64,000 nt of DNA. Origin: Azolla caroliniana. Lineage: Eukaryota > Plantae > Polypodiophyta. The notes beneath the pieces are model-generated. The model saw only the letters and a program-made list of their open reading frames with translations, searched no databases and was not told the origin of the DNA. The stretch is from NCBI GenBank assembly GCA_043228905.1, contig JBHGNT010000008.1, positions 372,001 through 436,000 of the forward strand. Reading direction: 5' to 3'. The position numbers were made by a program, and so were the translations under genes. Shown piece by piece: positions 1-14,900 of the stretch (positions are counted from its first letter, which is position 1; each line of letters begins with the position of its first letter).

Positions 1-380
1 ATCTGCGTTTCAAAATCTTGATTTTTTAATTCCATATCATAGCTAGTGTTGTTAGCTTCGATTGCCATATTTGAACGCAAAAATCCGATGTCACAGGAGC
101 CAGGTATGACATTTTTAATTTACTCACGCGTTGTTCTCAATTCCCTCCTCAAATTTGGTAATTTCTTCATGTCTCTCGACCTCAGTTTTAAAATCTTGAT
201 TTTTCAATTCCATATCATAGCTAACGTTGTTAGCTTCAATTCGCATGTTTGAACACTAACATCCGATGTCACACGGGCCAGGTATGAACATTTTAATTTA
301 CTCTCGGGCTCTTCTCAACTCCCTCCTCAAATTTGTTAATTTCGTCATGTCTCTCGACCTGAGTTTCAAAATCTTGATTT

Positions 381-3300
381 TCTAATTCCATATCATAGCT
401 AGTGTTGTTAGCTTCTAATCGCATGTTTGAACACAAAAATCCGATGTCACACGAGCCAGGTATGACAATTTTAATTTATTCACGCGCTTTTCTCAATTCT
501 CTCCTCAAATTTGGTAATGTCTTTTTGTCTTTGGACCTGAGTTTCAAAATCTTGAGTTTTTAATTCCATATCATAGCTAATGTTGTTAGCTTCGATTCGC
601 ATGTTTGAACACTAAAATCCGATGTCACACGGGCCAGGTATGAACATTTTAATTTACTCTCGGGCTCCTCTCTACTCCGTCCTCTAATTTGGGAATGTCT
701 TCATGTCTCTTGACCTGAGTTTCAAAATCTTGATTATTTAATTCGATATCATAGGTACCTTTGTTAGCTTCGATTCGCATGTTTGAACACTAAAATCCGA
801 TATCACATGGGCCAGGTATGAACATTTTCATTTACTCTCGGCCTCTTCTCTACTCCCTCCTCTTATTTGGTAATTTCTTCATGTCTCTCGACCTGAGTTT
901 CAAAACCTTGATTTTTTAATTCCATATCATAGCTAGCCTTGTTAGCTTCGATTCGTATGTTTGAACACTAAAATCCGATATCACATGGGCCAGGTATGAA
1001 CATTTTAATTTACTCTCGGCCTCTTCTCTACTCCCTCCTCTAATTTGGTAATTTCTTCATGTCTCTCGACCTGAGTTTCGAAACCTTGATTTTTTCATTC
1101 CATATCATAGCTAGCCTTGTTAGCTTCAATTCGCATGTTTGAACACTAAAATCCGATATCACATGGGCCAGGTATGAACATTTTAATTTACTCTCGGCCT
1201 CTTCTCTACTCCCTCCTCTAATTTGGTAATTTCTTCATGTCTCTCGACCTGAGTTTCAAAACCTTGATTTTTTAATTCCATATCATAGTTAGCCTTGTTA
1301 GCTTCGATTCGTATGTTTGAACACTAAAATCCAATATCACATGGGCCAGGTATGAACATTTTAAATTACTCTCGGGATCTTCTCAACTCCATCCTCAAAT
1401 TTGGTAATTTCTTCATGTGTCTCGACGTGAGTTTCAAAAGCTTGATTTTTTAATTCCATATCATAGGTAGCTTCGTTAGCTTCGATTCTCATATTTGAAC
1501 ACTAAAATCCGATATCACATGGGCCAGGTATGAACATTTTAATTTACTCTCGGCCTCTTCTCTACTCCCTCCTCTAATTTAGTAATTTCTTCATGTCTCT
1601 CGATCTGAGTTTCAAAACCTTGATTTTTTAATTCCATATCATAGCTAGCCTTGTTAGCTTCGATTCGTATGTTTGAACACTAAAATCCGATATCACATGG
1701 GCCAAGTATGAACATTTTAATTTACTCTCGGCCTCTTCTCTATTCCCTCCTCTAATTTGGTAATTTCTTCATGTCTCTCGACCTGAGTTTCAAAACCTTG
1801 ATTTTTTAATTCCATATCATAGCTAGCCTTGTTAGCTTCGATTCGTATGTTTGAACACTAAAATCCGATATCACATGGGCCAGGTATGAACATTTTAATT
1901 TACTCTCGGCCTCTTCTCTACTCCCTCCTCTAATTTGGTAATTTCTTCATGTCTCTCGACCTGAGTTTCAAAACCTTGATTTTTTCATTCAATATCATAG
2001 CTATCCTTGTTAGCTTCAATTCGCATGTTTGAACACTAAAATCCGATATCACATGGGCCAGGTATGAACATTTTAATTTACTCTCGGCCTCTTCTCTACT
2101 CCCTCCTCTAATTTGGTAATTTCTTCATGTCTCTCGACCTGAGTTTCGAAACCTTGATTTTTTCATTCCATATCATAGCTAGCCTTGTTAGCTTCAATTC
2201 GCATGTTTGAACACTAAAACCCGATATCACATGGGCCAGGTATGAACATTTTAATTTACTCTCGGCCTCTTCTCTACTCCCTCCTCTAATTTGGTAATTT
2301 CTTCATGTCTCTCGACCTGAGTTTCAAAACCTTGATTTTCTAATTCCATATCATAGCTAGTGTTGTTAGCTTCTAATCGCATGTTTGAACACAAAAATCC
2401 GATGTCACACGAGCCAGGTATGACAATTTTAATTTATTCACGCGCTTTTCTCAATTCTCTCCTCAAATTTGGTAATGTCTTTTTGTCTTTGGACCTGAGT
2501 TTCAAAATCTTGAGTTTTTAATTCCATATCATAGCTAACGTTGTTAGCTTCGATTCGCATGTTTGAACACTAAAATCCGATGTCACACGGGCCAGGTATG
2601 AACATTTTAATTTACTCTCGGGCTCCTCTCTACTCCGTCCTCTAATTTGGGAATGTCTTCATGTCTCTTGACCTGAGTTTCATAATCTTGATTATTTAAT
2701 TCGATATCATAGGTACCTTTGTTAGCTTCGATTCGCATGTTTGAACACTAAAATCCGATATCACATGGGCCAGGTATGAACATTTTAATTTACTCTCGGC
2801 CTCTTCTCTACTCCCTCCTCTAATTTGGTAATTTCTTCATGTCTCTCGACCTGAGTTTCAAAACCTTGATTTTTTAATTCCATATCATAGCTAGCCTTGT
2901 TAGCTTCGATTCGTATGTTTGAACACTAAAATCCGATATCACATGGGCCAGGTATGAACATTTTAATTTACTCTCGGCCTCTTCTCTACTCCCTCCTCTA
3001 ATTTGGTAATTTCTTCATGTCTCTCGACCTGAGTTTCAAAACCTTGATTTTTTAATTCCATATCATAGTTAGCCTTGTTAGCTTCGATTCGTATGTTTGA
3101 ACACTAAAATCCAATATCACATGGGCCAGGTATGAACATTTTAAATTACTCTCGGGATCTTCTCAACTCCATCCTCAAATTTGGTAATTTCTTCATGTGT
3201 CTCGACGTGAGTTTCAAAAGCTTGATTTTTTAATTCCATATCATAGGTAGCTTCGTTAGCTTCGATTCTCATATTTGAACACTAAAATCCGATATCACAT

Positions 3301-3960
3301 GGGCCAGGTATGAACATTTTAATTTACTCTCGGCCTCTTCTCTACTCCCTCCTCTAATTTAGTAATTTCTTCATGTCTCTCGATCTGAGTTTCAAAACCT
3401 TGATTTTTTAATTCCATATCATAGCTAGCCTTGTTAGCTTCGATTCGTATGTTTGAACACTAAAATCCGATATCACATGGGCCAGGTATGAACATTTTAA
3501 TTTACTCTCGGCCTCTTCTCTACTCCCTCCTCTAATTTGGTAATTTCTTCATGTCTCTCGACCTGAGTTTCAAAACCTTGATTTTTTAATTCCATATCAT
3601 AGCTAGCCTTGTTAGCTTCGATTCGTATGTTTGAACACTAAAATCCGATATCACATGGGCCAGGTATGAACATTTTAAATTACTCTCGGCCTCTTCTCTA
3701 CTCCCTCCTCTAATTTGGTAATTTCTTCATGTCTCTCGACCTGAGTTTCAAAACCTTGATTTTTTCATTCCATATCATAGCTATCCTTGTTAGCTTCAAT
3801 TCGCATGTTTGAACACTAAAATCCGATATCACATGGGCCAGGTATGAACATTTTAATTTACTCTCGGCCTCTTCTCTACTCCCTCCTCTAATTTGGTAAT
3901 TTCTTCATGTCTCTCGACCTGAGTTTCAAAACCTTGATTTTTTAATTCCATATCATAGCT
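381..3960. repeat. 11-mer higher-order unit (1958 bp) followed by a partial second copy lacking one monomer
   Basis: The landmark ttctaattccatatcatagctagtgttgttagcttctaatc is at ~380 and ~2338 (offset 11x178). Variant monomers follow in the same order. Confidence 0.75.
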
Positions 3961-6900
3961 AGCCTTGTTAGCTTCAATTTGCATGTTTGAACACTAAAAT
4001 CCGATATCACATGGGCCAGGTATGAACATTTTAATTTACTCTCGGGCTCTTCTCAAATCCCTCCTCAAATTGGGTAATGTCTTCATGTCTCTCGACGTGA
4101 GTTTCGAAAGCTTGATTTTTTAATTCCATATTATAGGTAGCTTTGTTAGCTTCGATTCGCATATTTGAACACTAAACTCCGATATCACATGGGCCAGGTA
4201 TGAACATTTTAATTTACTCTCGGGCTCCTCTCTACTCCGTCCTCTAATTTGGGAATATCTTCATGTCTCTTGACCTGAGTTTCAAAATCTTGATTATTTA
4301 ATTCGATATCATAGGTACCTTTGTTAGCTTCGATTCGCATGTTTGAACACTAAAATCCGATATCACATGGGCCAGGTATGAACATTTTAATTTACTCTCG
4401 GCCTCTTCTCTACTCCCTCCTCGAATTTGGTAATTTCTTCATGTCTCTCGACCTGAGTTTCGAAACCTTGATTTTTCAATTCCATATCATAGCTAGCCTT
4501 GTTAGCTTCGATTCGTATGTTTGAACACTAAAATCCGATATCACATGGGCCAGGTATGAACATTTTAATTTACTCTCGACCTCTTCTCTACTCCCTCCTC
4601 TAATTTGGTAATTTCTTCATGTCTCTCGACCTGAGTTTCAAAACCTTCATTTTTTAATTCCATATCATAGTTAGCCTTGTTAGCTTCGATTCGTATGTTT
4701 GAACACTAAAATCCAATATCACATGGGCCAGGTATGAACATTTTAATTTACTCTCGGGATCTTCTCAACTCCATCCTCAAATTTGGTAATTTCTTCATGT
4801 GTCTCGACGTGAGTTTCAAAAGCTTGATTTTTTAATTCCATATCATAGGTAGCTTTGTTAGCTTCGATTCTCATATTTGAACACTAAAATCCAATATCAC
4901 ATGGGCCAGGTATGAACATTTTAATTTACTCTCGGGCTCCTCTCTACTCCCTCCTCTAATTTGGGAATGTCTTCATGTCTCTCGACCTGAGTTTCAAAAT
5001 CTTGATTTTCGAATTCCATAACATAGCTCGCATTGTTAGCTTTGATTCGCATATTTGAACACTAAAATCTGATATCACATGGGCCAGGTATGAACATTTT
5101 AATTTACTCTCGGCCTCTTCTCTACTCCCTCCTCTAATTTAGTAATTTCTTCATGTCTCTCGACCTGAGTTTCAAAATCTTGATTTTTGAATTCCATAAC
5201 ATAGCTCGTATTGTTAGCTTCGATTCGCATATTTAAACACTAAAATCCGATATCAGATGGGCCAGGTATGAACATTTTAATTTAATCTCGGGCTCCTCTC
5301 TACTCCCTCCTCTAATTTGGGAATGTCTTCATGTCTCTTGACCTGAGTTTCATAATCTTGATTATTTAATTGGATATCATAGGTACCTTTGTTAGCTTCG
5401 ATTCGCATGTTTGAACACTAAAATCCGATATCACATGGGCCAGGTATGAACATTTTAATTTACTCTCGGCCTCTTCTCTACTCCCTCCTCTAATTTGGTA
5501 ATTTCTTCATGTCTCTCGACCTGAGTTTCAAAACCTTGATTTTTTAATTCCATATCATAGCTAGCCTTTTAGCTTCGATTCGTATGTTTGAACACTAAAA
5601 TCCGATATCACATGGGCCAGGTATGAACATTTTAATTTACTCTCGGCCTCTTCTCTACTCCCTCCTCTAATTTGGTAATTTCTTCATGTCTCTCGACCTG
5701 AGTTTCAAAACCTTGATTTTTTAATTCCATATCATAGTTAGCCTTGTTAGCTTCGATTCGTATGTTTGAACACTAAAATCCAATATCACATGGGCCAGGT
5801 ATGAACATTTTAAATTACTCTCGGGATCTTCTCAACTCCATCCTCAAATTTGGTAATTTCTTCATGTGTCTCGACGTGAGTTTCAAAAGCTTGATTTTTT
5901 AATTCCATATCATAGGTAGCTTCGTTAGCTTCGATTCTCATATTTGAACACTAAAATCCGATATCACATGGGCCAGGTATGAACATTTTAATTTACTCTC
6001 GGCCTCTTCTCTACTCCCTCCTCTAATTTAGTAATTTCTTCATGTCTCTCGATCTGAGTTTCAAAACCTTGATTTTTTAATTCCATATCATAGCTAGCCT
6101 TGTTAGCTTCGATTCGTATGTTTGAACACTAAAATCCGATATCACATGGGCCAGGTATGAACATTTTAATTTACTCTCGGCCTCTTCTCTACTCCCTCCT
6201 CTAATTTGGTAATTTCTTCATGTCTCTCGACCTGAGTTTCAAAACCTTGATTTTTTAATTCCATATCATAGCTAGCCTTGTTAGCTTCGATTCGTATGTT
6301 TGAACACTAAAATCCGATATCACATGGGCCAGGTATGAACATTTTAAATTACTCTCGGCCTCTTCTCTACTCCCTCCTCTAATTTGGTAATTTCTTCATG
6401 TCTCTCGACCTGAGTTTCAAAACCTTGATTTTTTCATTCCATATCATAGCTATCCTTGTTAGCTTCAATTCGCATGTTTGAACACTAAAATCCGATATCA
6501 CATGGGCCAGGTATGAACATTTTAATTTACTCTCGGCCTCTTCTCTACTCCCTCCTCTAATTTGGTAATTTCTTCATGTCTCTCGACCTGAGTTTCAAAA
6601 CCTTGATTTTTTAATTCCATATCATAGCTAGCCTTGTTAGCTTCAATTTGCATGTTTGAACACTAAAATCCGATATCACATGGGCCAGGTATGAACATTT
6701 TAATTTACTCTCGGGCTCTTCTCAAATCCCTCCTCAAATTGGGTAATGTCTTCATGTCTCTCGACGTGAGTTTCGAAAGCTTGATTTTTTAATTCCATAT
6801 TATAGGTAGCTTTGTTAGCTTCGATTCGCATATTTGAACACTAAACTCCGATATCACATGGGCCAGGTATGAACATTTTAATTTACTCTCGGGCTCCTCT

Positions 6901-8940
6901 CTACTCCGTCCTCTAATTTGGGAATATCTTCATGTCTCTTGACCTGAGTTTCAAAATCTTGATTATTTAATTCGATATCATAGGTACCTTTGTTAGCTTC
7001 GATTCGCATGTTTGAACACTAAAATCCGATATCACATGGGCCAGGTATGAACATTTTAATTTACTCTCGGCCTCTTCTCTACTCCCTCCTCGAATTTGGT
7101 AATTTCTTCATGTCTCTCGACCTGAGTTTCGAAACCTTGATTTTTCAATTCCATATCATAGCTAGCCTTGTTAGCTTCGATTCGTATGTTTGAACACTAA
7201 AATCCGATATCACATGGGCCAGGTATGAACATTTTAATTTACTCTCGACCTCTTCTCTACTCCCTCCTCTAATTTGGTAATTTCTTCATGTCTCTCGACC
7301 TGAGTTTCAAAACCTTCATTTTTTAATTCCATATCATAGTTAGCCTTGTTAGCTTCGATTCGTATGTTTGAACACTAAAATCCAATATCACATGGGCCAG
7401 GTATGAACATTTTAATTTACTCTCGGGATCTTCTCAACTCCATCCTCAAATTTGGTAATTTCTTCATGTGTCTCGACGTGAGTTTCAAAAGCTTGATTTT
7501 TTAATTCCATATCATAGGTAGCTTTGTTAGCTTCGATTCTCATATTTGAACACTAAAATCCGATATCACATGGGCCAGGTATGAACATTTTAATTTACTC
7601 TCGGGCTCCTCTCTACTCCCTCCTCTAATTTGGGAATGTCTTCATGTCTCTCGACCTGAGTTTCAAAATCTTGATTTTCGAATTCCATAACATAGCTCGC
7701 ATTGTTAGCTTTGATTCGCATATTTGAACACTAAAATCTGATATCACATGGGCCAGGTATGAACATTTTAATTTACTCTCGGCCTCTTCTCTACTCCCTC
7801 CTCTAATTTAGTAATTTCTTCATGTCTCTCGACCTGAGTTTCAAAATCTTGATTTTTGAATTCCATAACATAGCTCGTATTGTTAGCTTCGATTCGCATA
7901 TTTAAACACTAAAATCCGATATCAGATGGGCCAGGTATGAACATTTTAATTTAATCTCGGGCTCCTCTCTACTCCCTCCTCTAATTTGGGAATGTCTTCA
8001 TATCTCTCGACCTGAGTTTCAAAATCTTGATTTTTTAATTCCATGTCATAGGTAGCTTTGTTAGCTTCAATTCGCATATTTGAACACTAAAATCCGATAT
8101 CACATGGGCCAGGTATGAACATTTTAATTTACTCTCGGCCTCTTCTCTACTCCCTCCTCTAATTTAGTAATTTCTTCATGTCTCTCGACCTGAGTTTCAA
8201 AACCTTGATTTTTTAATTCCATATCATAGCTAGCCTTGTTAGCTTCGATTCGTATATTTGAACACTAAAATCCGATATCACATGGGCCAGGTATGAACAT
8301 TTTAATTTACTCTCGGGCTCTTCTCAACTCCCTCCTCAAATCTGGTAATTTCTTCATGTCTCTCGACGTGAGTTTCAAAAGCTTGATTTTTTAATTCTAT
8401 ATCATAGGTAGCTTTGTTAGCTTCGATTTGCATATTTGAACACTAAAATCCGATATCACATGGGCCAGGTATGAACATTTTAATTTACTCTCGGGCGCCT
8501 CTCTACTCCCTCCTCTAATTTGGGAATGTCTTCATGTCTCTCGACCTGAGTTTCAAAATCTTGATTTTTTAATTCCATCTCATAGGTACCTTTGTTAGCT
8601 TCAATCTTGATTTTTTAATTCCATCTTGATTTTTTAATTCCATCTCATTTTTGAACACTAAAATCAGATATCACATGGGCCAGGTATGAACATTTTAATT
8701 TACTCTCGGCCTCTTCTCAACTCCCTCCTCAAATTTGGTAATTTCTTCATGTCTCTCGACGTGAGTTTTAAAATCCTGATTTTTTAATTCCATATCATAG
8801 GTAGGTTGGTTAGCTTTAATTCTCATGGCTGAACAATAAAATCCGATATCACATGGGCCAGGTATGAACATTTTAATTTACTCTCGGCCTCTTCTCTACT
8901 CCCTCCTCTAATTTTGTAATTTCTTTATGTCTCTCAACCT
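660..8940. repeat. Satellite subfamily A (most homogeneous; cacatgggccagg...ctctactccctcctctaat)
   Basis: Diagnostic variants CACATGGGCC, CTCTACTCCCTCCTCTAAT and AAAACCTTG. Neighbouring monomers are often near-identical. A short B-type insert lies at ~2338-2620. Confidence 0.85.
2640..7995. repeat. Tandem duplication of a 15-mer higher-order unit (2670 bp)
   Basis: cataatcttgattatttaat is at 2681 and 5351 (offset 2670). tcgggctcttctcaaatccc is at 4042 and 6711 (offset 2669, after a 1-bp deletion near 5567). Confidence 0.88.
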
Positions 8941-11900
8941 GAGTTTCATAACCTTGATTTCTTAAGTCCATATCATCGCTAGTGTTGTTAGTTTCGATTC
9001 GCATGTTTGAACACTAAAATCCGATCTCACACGAGCCAGGTATGCACTGTGTAATTTACCCACGCGCTCTTCTCAACTCCCTCATCAAATTTGGTAATTC
9101 CTTCATGTGTCTCGACCTGAGTTTCAAAATCTTGATTTTTTAATTCCATATCATATCTAGTGTTGTTATCTTCGATTCCCATGTTTGAAAACTAACATCC
9201 GATGTCACACGAGCCAGGTATGACAATTTTAATTTACTCACGCGCTTTTCTCAATTCCCTCCTCAAATTTGGTAATTTCTTCATGTCTCTCGACCTGAGT
9301 TATTAGCTTCGATTCGCATATTGGAACCCTAACATCCGATATCACACGAGCCAGGTATGAACATTTTAATTAACTCACGGGCTCTTCTCAACTCTCTCAA
9401 ATTTGCTAATTTCGTCATGTCTCTCGAACTGAGTTTCAAAATCTTGATTTTTCAATTCCATATCATAGCTAACGTTGTTAGCTTCAATTCACAGGTTTGA
9501 ACACTAAAATCCGATGTCAAGCGGGCCAGGTATGAACATTTTAATTTACTCTCGGCTCTTCTGAACTCCCTGATCAAATTTGGTAATTTCTTCATGTCTC
9601 TCGACCTGAGTTTTGAAATCTTGATTTCTTAATTCCATATCATAGGTAGCGTTTTTAGCTTCGATTCCCATGTTTGAACACTAACATCCGATGTCACACA
9701 CGCCAGGTATGACGATTATAATTTACTCACGCGCTCTTCTCAATTCCCTCCTCAAATCTAGTAATTTCTTCATGTCTCTCGAGCTGAGTTTTAAAATCTT
9801 GATTTTTTAATTCCATATAATAGCTAACGTTGTTAGCTTCGATTCGCATATTTGAACACTAAAATCCGATGTCACACGAGCTAGGTATGACAATTTTAAT
9901 TTACTCACAGGCACTTCTCAATTCCCTCCTCAAATTTGGTAATTTCTTCATGTCTCTCGACCTAAGTTTTAAAATCTTGATTTTCTTATTCCATATCATA
10001 GCTAACGTTGTTAGCTTTGATTCGCATGTTTGAACACTAACATCCGATGTCACACGGGCCAGGTATGAACATTTTAATTTACTCTCGGGCTCTTCTCAAC
10101 TCCCTTATCAAAGTTGGTAATTTCTTCATGTCTCTGGACCTGAGTTTCAAAATCTTGATTTTTTAATTCCATATCATAGCTAGTCTTGTTAGCTTCGATT
10201 CGCATGTTTGAACACAAAAATCCGATGTCACACGGGCTAGGTATGAACATTTTAATTTACTCTGAGGCTCTTCTCAACTCCCTTCTCAAATTTGCTAATT
10301 TCGTCATGTCTCTCGACCTGAGTTTCAAAATCTTGATTTTCTAAATCCATATCATAGCTAACGTTGTTAGCTTTGATTCGCATGTTTGAAGACAAAAATC
10401 CGATGTCACACGAGCCAGGTATGACAATTTTAATTTATTCACGCGCTCTTCTCAATTCCCTCCTCAAATTTGGTAATTTCATCATGTCTCTCGACCTGAG
10501 TTTTAAAATCCTTATTTTTTTATTCCATATCATAGCTAACGTTGTTAGCTTCGATTCGCGTTTTGGACACTAACATCCGATATCACACGAGCCAGGTATG
10601 ACAATTTTAATTTACTCACGCGCGCTTCTCAATTCGCTCCTCAAATATGGTAATTTCGTCATGTCTCTCGACCTGAGTTTCAAAATCTTGATTTTCTAAT
10701 TCTATATCATAGCTAGTGTTGTTAGCTTCTATTCGCATGTTTGAACACAAAAATCCGATGTCACACAAGCCAGGTATGACAATTTTAATTTATTCACGCG
10801 CTTTTCTCAATTCTCTCCTCAAATTTGGTAATTTCTTCATGCCTTTGGACTTGAGTTTCAAAATCTTGAGTTTTTAATTCCATATCATAGCTAACGTTGT
10901 TAGCTTCAATTCGCATGTTTGAACACTAAAATCCGATGTCACACGGGCCACGTATGAACATTTTAATTTACTCTCGGCCTCTTCTCAACTCCCTCATCAA
11001 ATTTGCTAATTTCGTCATGTCTCTCGACCTGAGATTCAAAATCTTCAATTTTTGAACACTAACATCCGATGTCACACACGCCAGGTATGACAATTATAAT
11101 TTACTCACGCGCTCCTCTCAATCCCCTCCTCAAATCTAGTAATTTCTTCATGTCTCTCGACCTGAGTTTTAAAATCTTGATTTTTTAATTCCATATCATA
11201 GCTAACGTTGTTAGCTTCGATTCGAATATTTGAACACTAAAATCCGATGTCACACGAGCCAGGTATGACAATTTTAATTTACTCACGCGCTCTTCTCAAT
11301 TCCCTCCTCAAATTTGGTAATTTATTCATGTCTCTCGACCTGAGTGTTAAAATCTTGATTTTTTTATTCCATATCATAGGTAACGTTGTTAGCTTTGATT
11401 CGCATGTTTGAACACTAACATCCGATGTCACACGGGCCAAGTATGAACATTTTAATTTACTCTCGGGCTCTTCTCAACTCCCTTATCAAATTTGGTAATT
11501 TCTTCATGTCTCTCGACCTGAGTTTCAAAATCTTGATTTTTCAATTCCATGTCATAGGTACCGTTGTTAGCTTCGATTCGCATGTTTGAACACAAAAATC
11601 CGATGTTACACGAACCAGGTATCACAATTTTAATTTACTCACGCACTCTTCTCAATTCCCTCCTCAAATTTGGTAATTTCATCATGTCTCTCGACCTGAG
11701 TTTTAAAATCGTGATTTCTTAATTCCATATCATCGCTAGTGTTGTTCGTTTTGATTCGCATGTTTGAACAATAAAATCCGATATCACACGAGCCAGGTAT
11801 GAACATTTTAATTAACTCACGGGCTCTTCTCAACTTCCTCCACAAATTCTCAATCTGCGTTTCAAAATCTTGATTTTTTAATTCCATATCATAGCTAGTG

Positions 11901-14900
11901 TTGTTAGCTTCGATTGCCATATTTGAACGCAAAAATCCGATGTCACAGGAGCCAGGTATGACATTTTTAATTTACTCACGCGTTGTTCTCAATTCCCTCC
12001 TCAAATTTGGTAATTTCTTCATGTCTCTCGACCTAAGTTTTAAAATCTTGATTTTCTTATTCCATATCATAGCTAACGTTGTTAGCTTTGATTCGCATGT
12101 TTGAACACTAACATCCGATGTCACACGGGCCAGGTATGAACATTTTAATTTACTCTCGGGCTCTTCTCAACTCCCTCCTCAAATTTGTTAATTTCGTCAT
12201 GTCTCTCGACCTGAGTTTCAAAATCTTGATTTTCTAATTCCATATCATAGCTAGTGTTGTTAGCTTCTAATCGCATGTTTGAACACAAAAATCCGATGTC
12301 ACACGAGCCAGGTATGACAATTTTAATTTATTCACGCGCTTTTCTCAATTCTCTCATCAAATTTGGTAATGTCTTTTTGTCTTTGGACCTGAGTTTCAAA
12401 ATCTTGAGTTTTAAATTCCATATCATAGCTAACGTTGTTAGCTTCGATTCGCATGTTTGAACACTAAAATCCGATGTCACACGGGCCACGTATGAACATT
12501 TTAATTTACTCTCGGGCTCTTCTCAACTCCCTCATCAAATTTGCTAATTTCGTCATGTCTCTCGACCTGAGATTCAAAATCATCAATTTTTAATTACATA
12601 TCATAGCTAACATTGTTAGCTTCGATTCGCATGTTTGAACACTAAAATCCGATGTCACACGGGCCAGGTATGAACATTTTAGTTAACTCACGGGCTCTTC
12701 TCAACTCCCTCCTCAAATTTGGTAATTTCTTCATGTCTGTTGACCTGAGTTCTAAAATCTTGATTTTTCTAATTCCAGATCATAGCTAACGTTCTTAGCT
12801 TTGATTTACATGTTTGAACACTAAAATCCGATGTCACACGGGCTAGGTATGAACATTTTAATTTACTCTCGGGCTCTTCTCAACTCCCTTCTCAAATTTG
12901 CTAATTTCGTCATGTCTCTCGACCTGAGTTTCAAAATCTTGATTTTTTAATTCCATATCATAGCTAAGGTTGTTAGCTTCGATGCGCATGTTTGAACACT
13001 AAAATCCGATGTCACACGGGCTAGGTATGAACATTTTAATTTACTCTCGGGCTCTTACCAACTCCCTTCTCAAATTTACTAATTTCGTCATGTCTCTCGA
13101 CCTGAGTTTCAAAATCTTCATTTTGTAATTCCATATCATAGCTAGTGTTGTTAGCTTCTATTCGCATGTTTGAACACAAAAATCCGATGTCACACGAGCC
13201 AGGTATGACAATTTTAATTTATTCACGCGCTCTTCTCAATTCCCTCCTCAAATTTGGTAATTTCATCATGTCTCTCGACCTGAGTTTTAAAATCCTTATT
13301 TTTTTATTCCATATCATAGCTAACGTTGTTAGCTTCGATTCGCTTTTTGGACACTAACATCCGATATGACACGAGCCAGGTATGACAATTTTAATTTACT
13401 CACGCGCTCTTCTCAATTCGCTCCTCAAATTTGGTAATTACAATTTTAATTTACTCACGACCTCTTCTCAAGTCTCTGCTCAAATTTGGTAATTTCTTCA
13501 TGTCTGTCGACCTGAGTTACAAAATCTTGATTTTTGAATTCAATATCGTAGGTAGCGTTGTTAGCTTCGATTCGCATGTTTGAACACTAAAATCCGATAT
13601 CACACGAGCCAGGTATGAACATTTTAATTAACTCACGGGCTTTTCTCAACTCCCTCATCAAACTTGGTAATTTCGTCATGTCTCTCGACCTGAGTTTCAA
13701 AATCTTGATTTTTCTAATTCTAGATCATAGCTAACATTGTTAGCTTTGATTTGCATGTTTGAACACTAAAATCCGATGTCACACGGGCCAAGTATGAACA
13801 TTTTAATTTACTCTCGGGCTCATCTCAACTCCCTCATCAAATTTGGTAATTTCTTCATGTCTCTCGACCTGAGTTGCAAAATCTTGATTTTTTAATTCCA
13901 GATCATAGGTAGCGTTGTTAGCTTCGATTCGCATGTTTGAACACTAACATCCGATATCACACGAGCCAGGTATGTACATTTTAATTAACTCACGGGCTCT
14001 TCTCAACTCCCTCCTCAAATTTGCTAATTTCGTCATGTCTCTTGACCTGAGTTTCAAAATCTTGATTTTTTAATTCCATATCATAGCTAGTGTTGTTAGC
14101 TTCTATTCGCATGTTTGAACACTAAAATCCGATGTCACACGAGCCATGTATGACAATTTTAATTTACTCACGGGCTCTTCAGAATTCCCTCCTAGAATTT
14201 GCTTATTTCGTCATGTCTCTCTACCTGAGTTTTAAAAGCTTGATTTTTTAATTCCATATCATAGCTAACGTTTTTAGCTTCGATTCGCATGTTTAAACAC
14301 TAAAATCCGATGTCACACGGGCCAGGTATGAACATATTAATTTACTCTCGGGCTATTCTCAACTCCCTCCTCAAATTTGGTAATTTCTTCATGTCTCTCG
14401 ACCTGAGTTTCAAAATCTTGATTGTTTAATTCCATATCATCGCTAGTGTTGTTAGTTTGATCCACATGTTTGAACACAAAAATCCGATATCACACGACCA
14501 GGTATGAACATTTTAATTTACTCACGCGCTCTTCTGAACTCCCTCCTTAAATTTGGTATTTTCTTCATGTCTCTCGACCTGAGTTTTAAAATCTTGATTT
14601 TTTAATTCAATATCATAGGTAGCGTTGTTAGCTTTGATTCGCATGTTTGAACACTAAAATCCGATATCACATGAGCCAGGTATGAACATTTTAATTAACT
14701 CACGGGCTCTTCTCAACTCCCTCCTTAAATTTGGTAATTTCTTCATGTCTGTTGACCTGAGTTTTAAAATCTTGATTTTTTAATTCAACATCATAGGTAG
14801 CGTTGTTAGCTTCGATTCACATATTTGAAGACAAAAATACGGGATCATACGAGCTAGGTATGACAATTTAAATTTACTCACGAGTTCTTCTTAACTCCCT

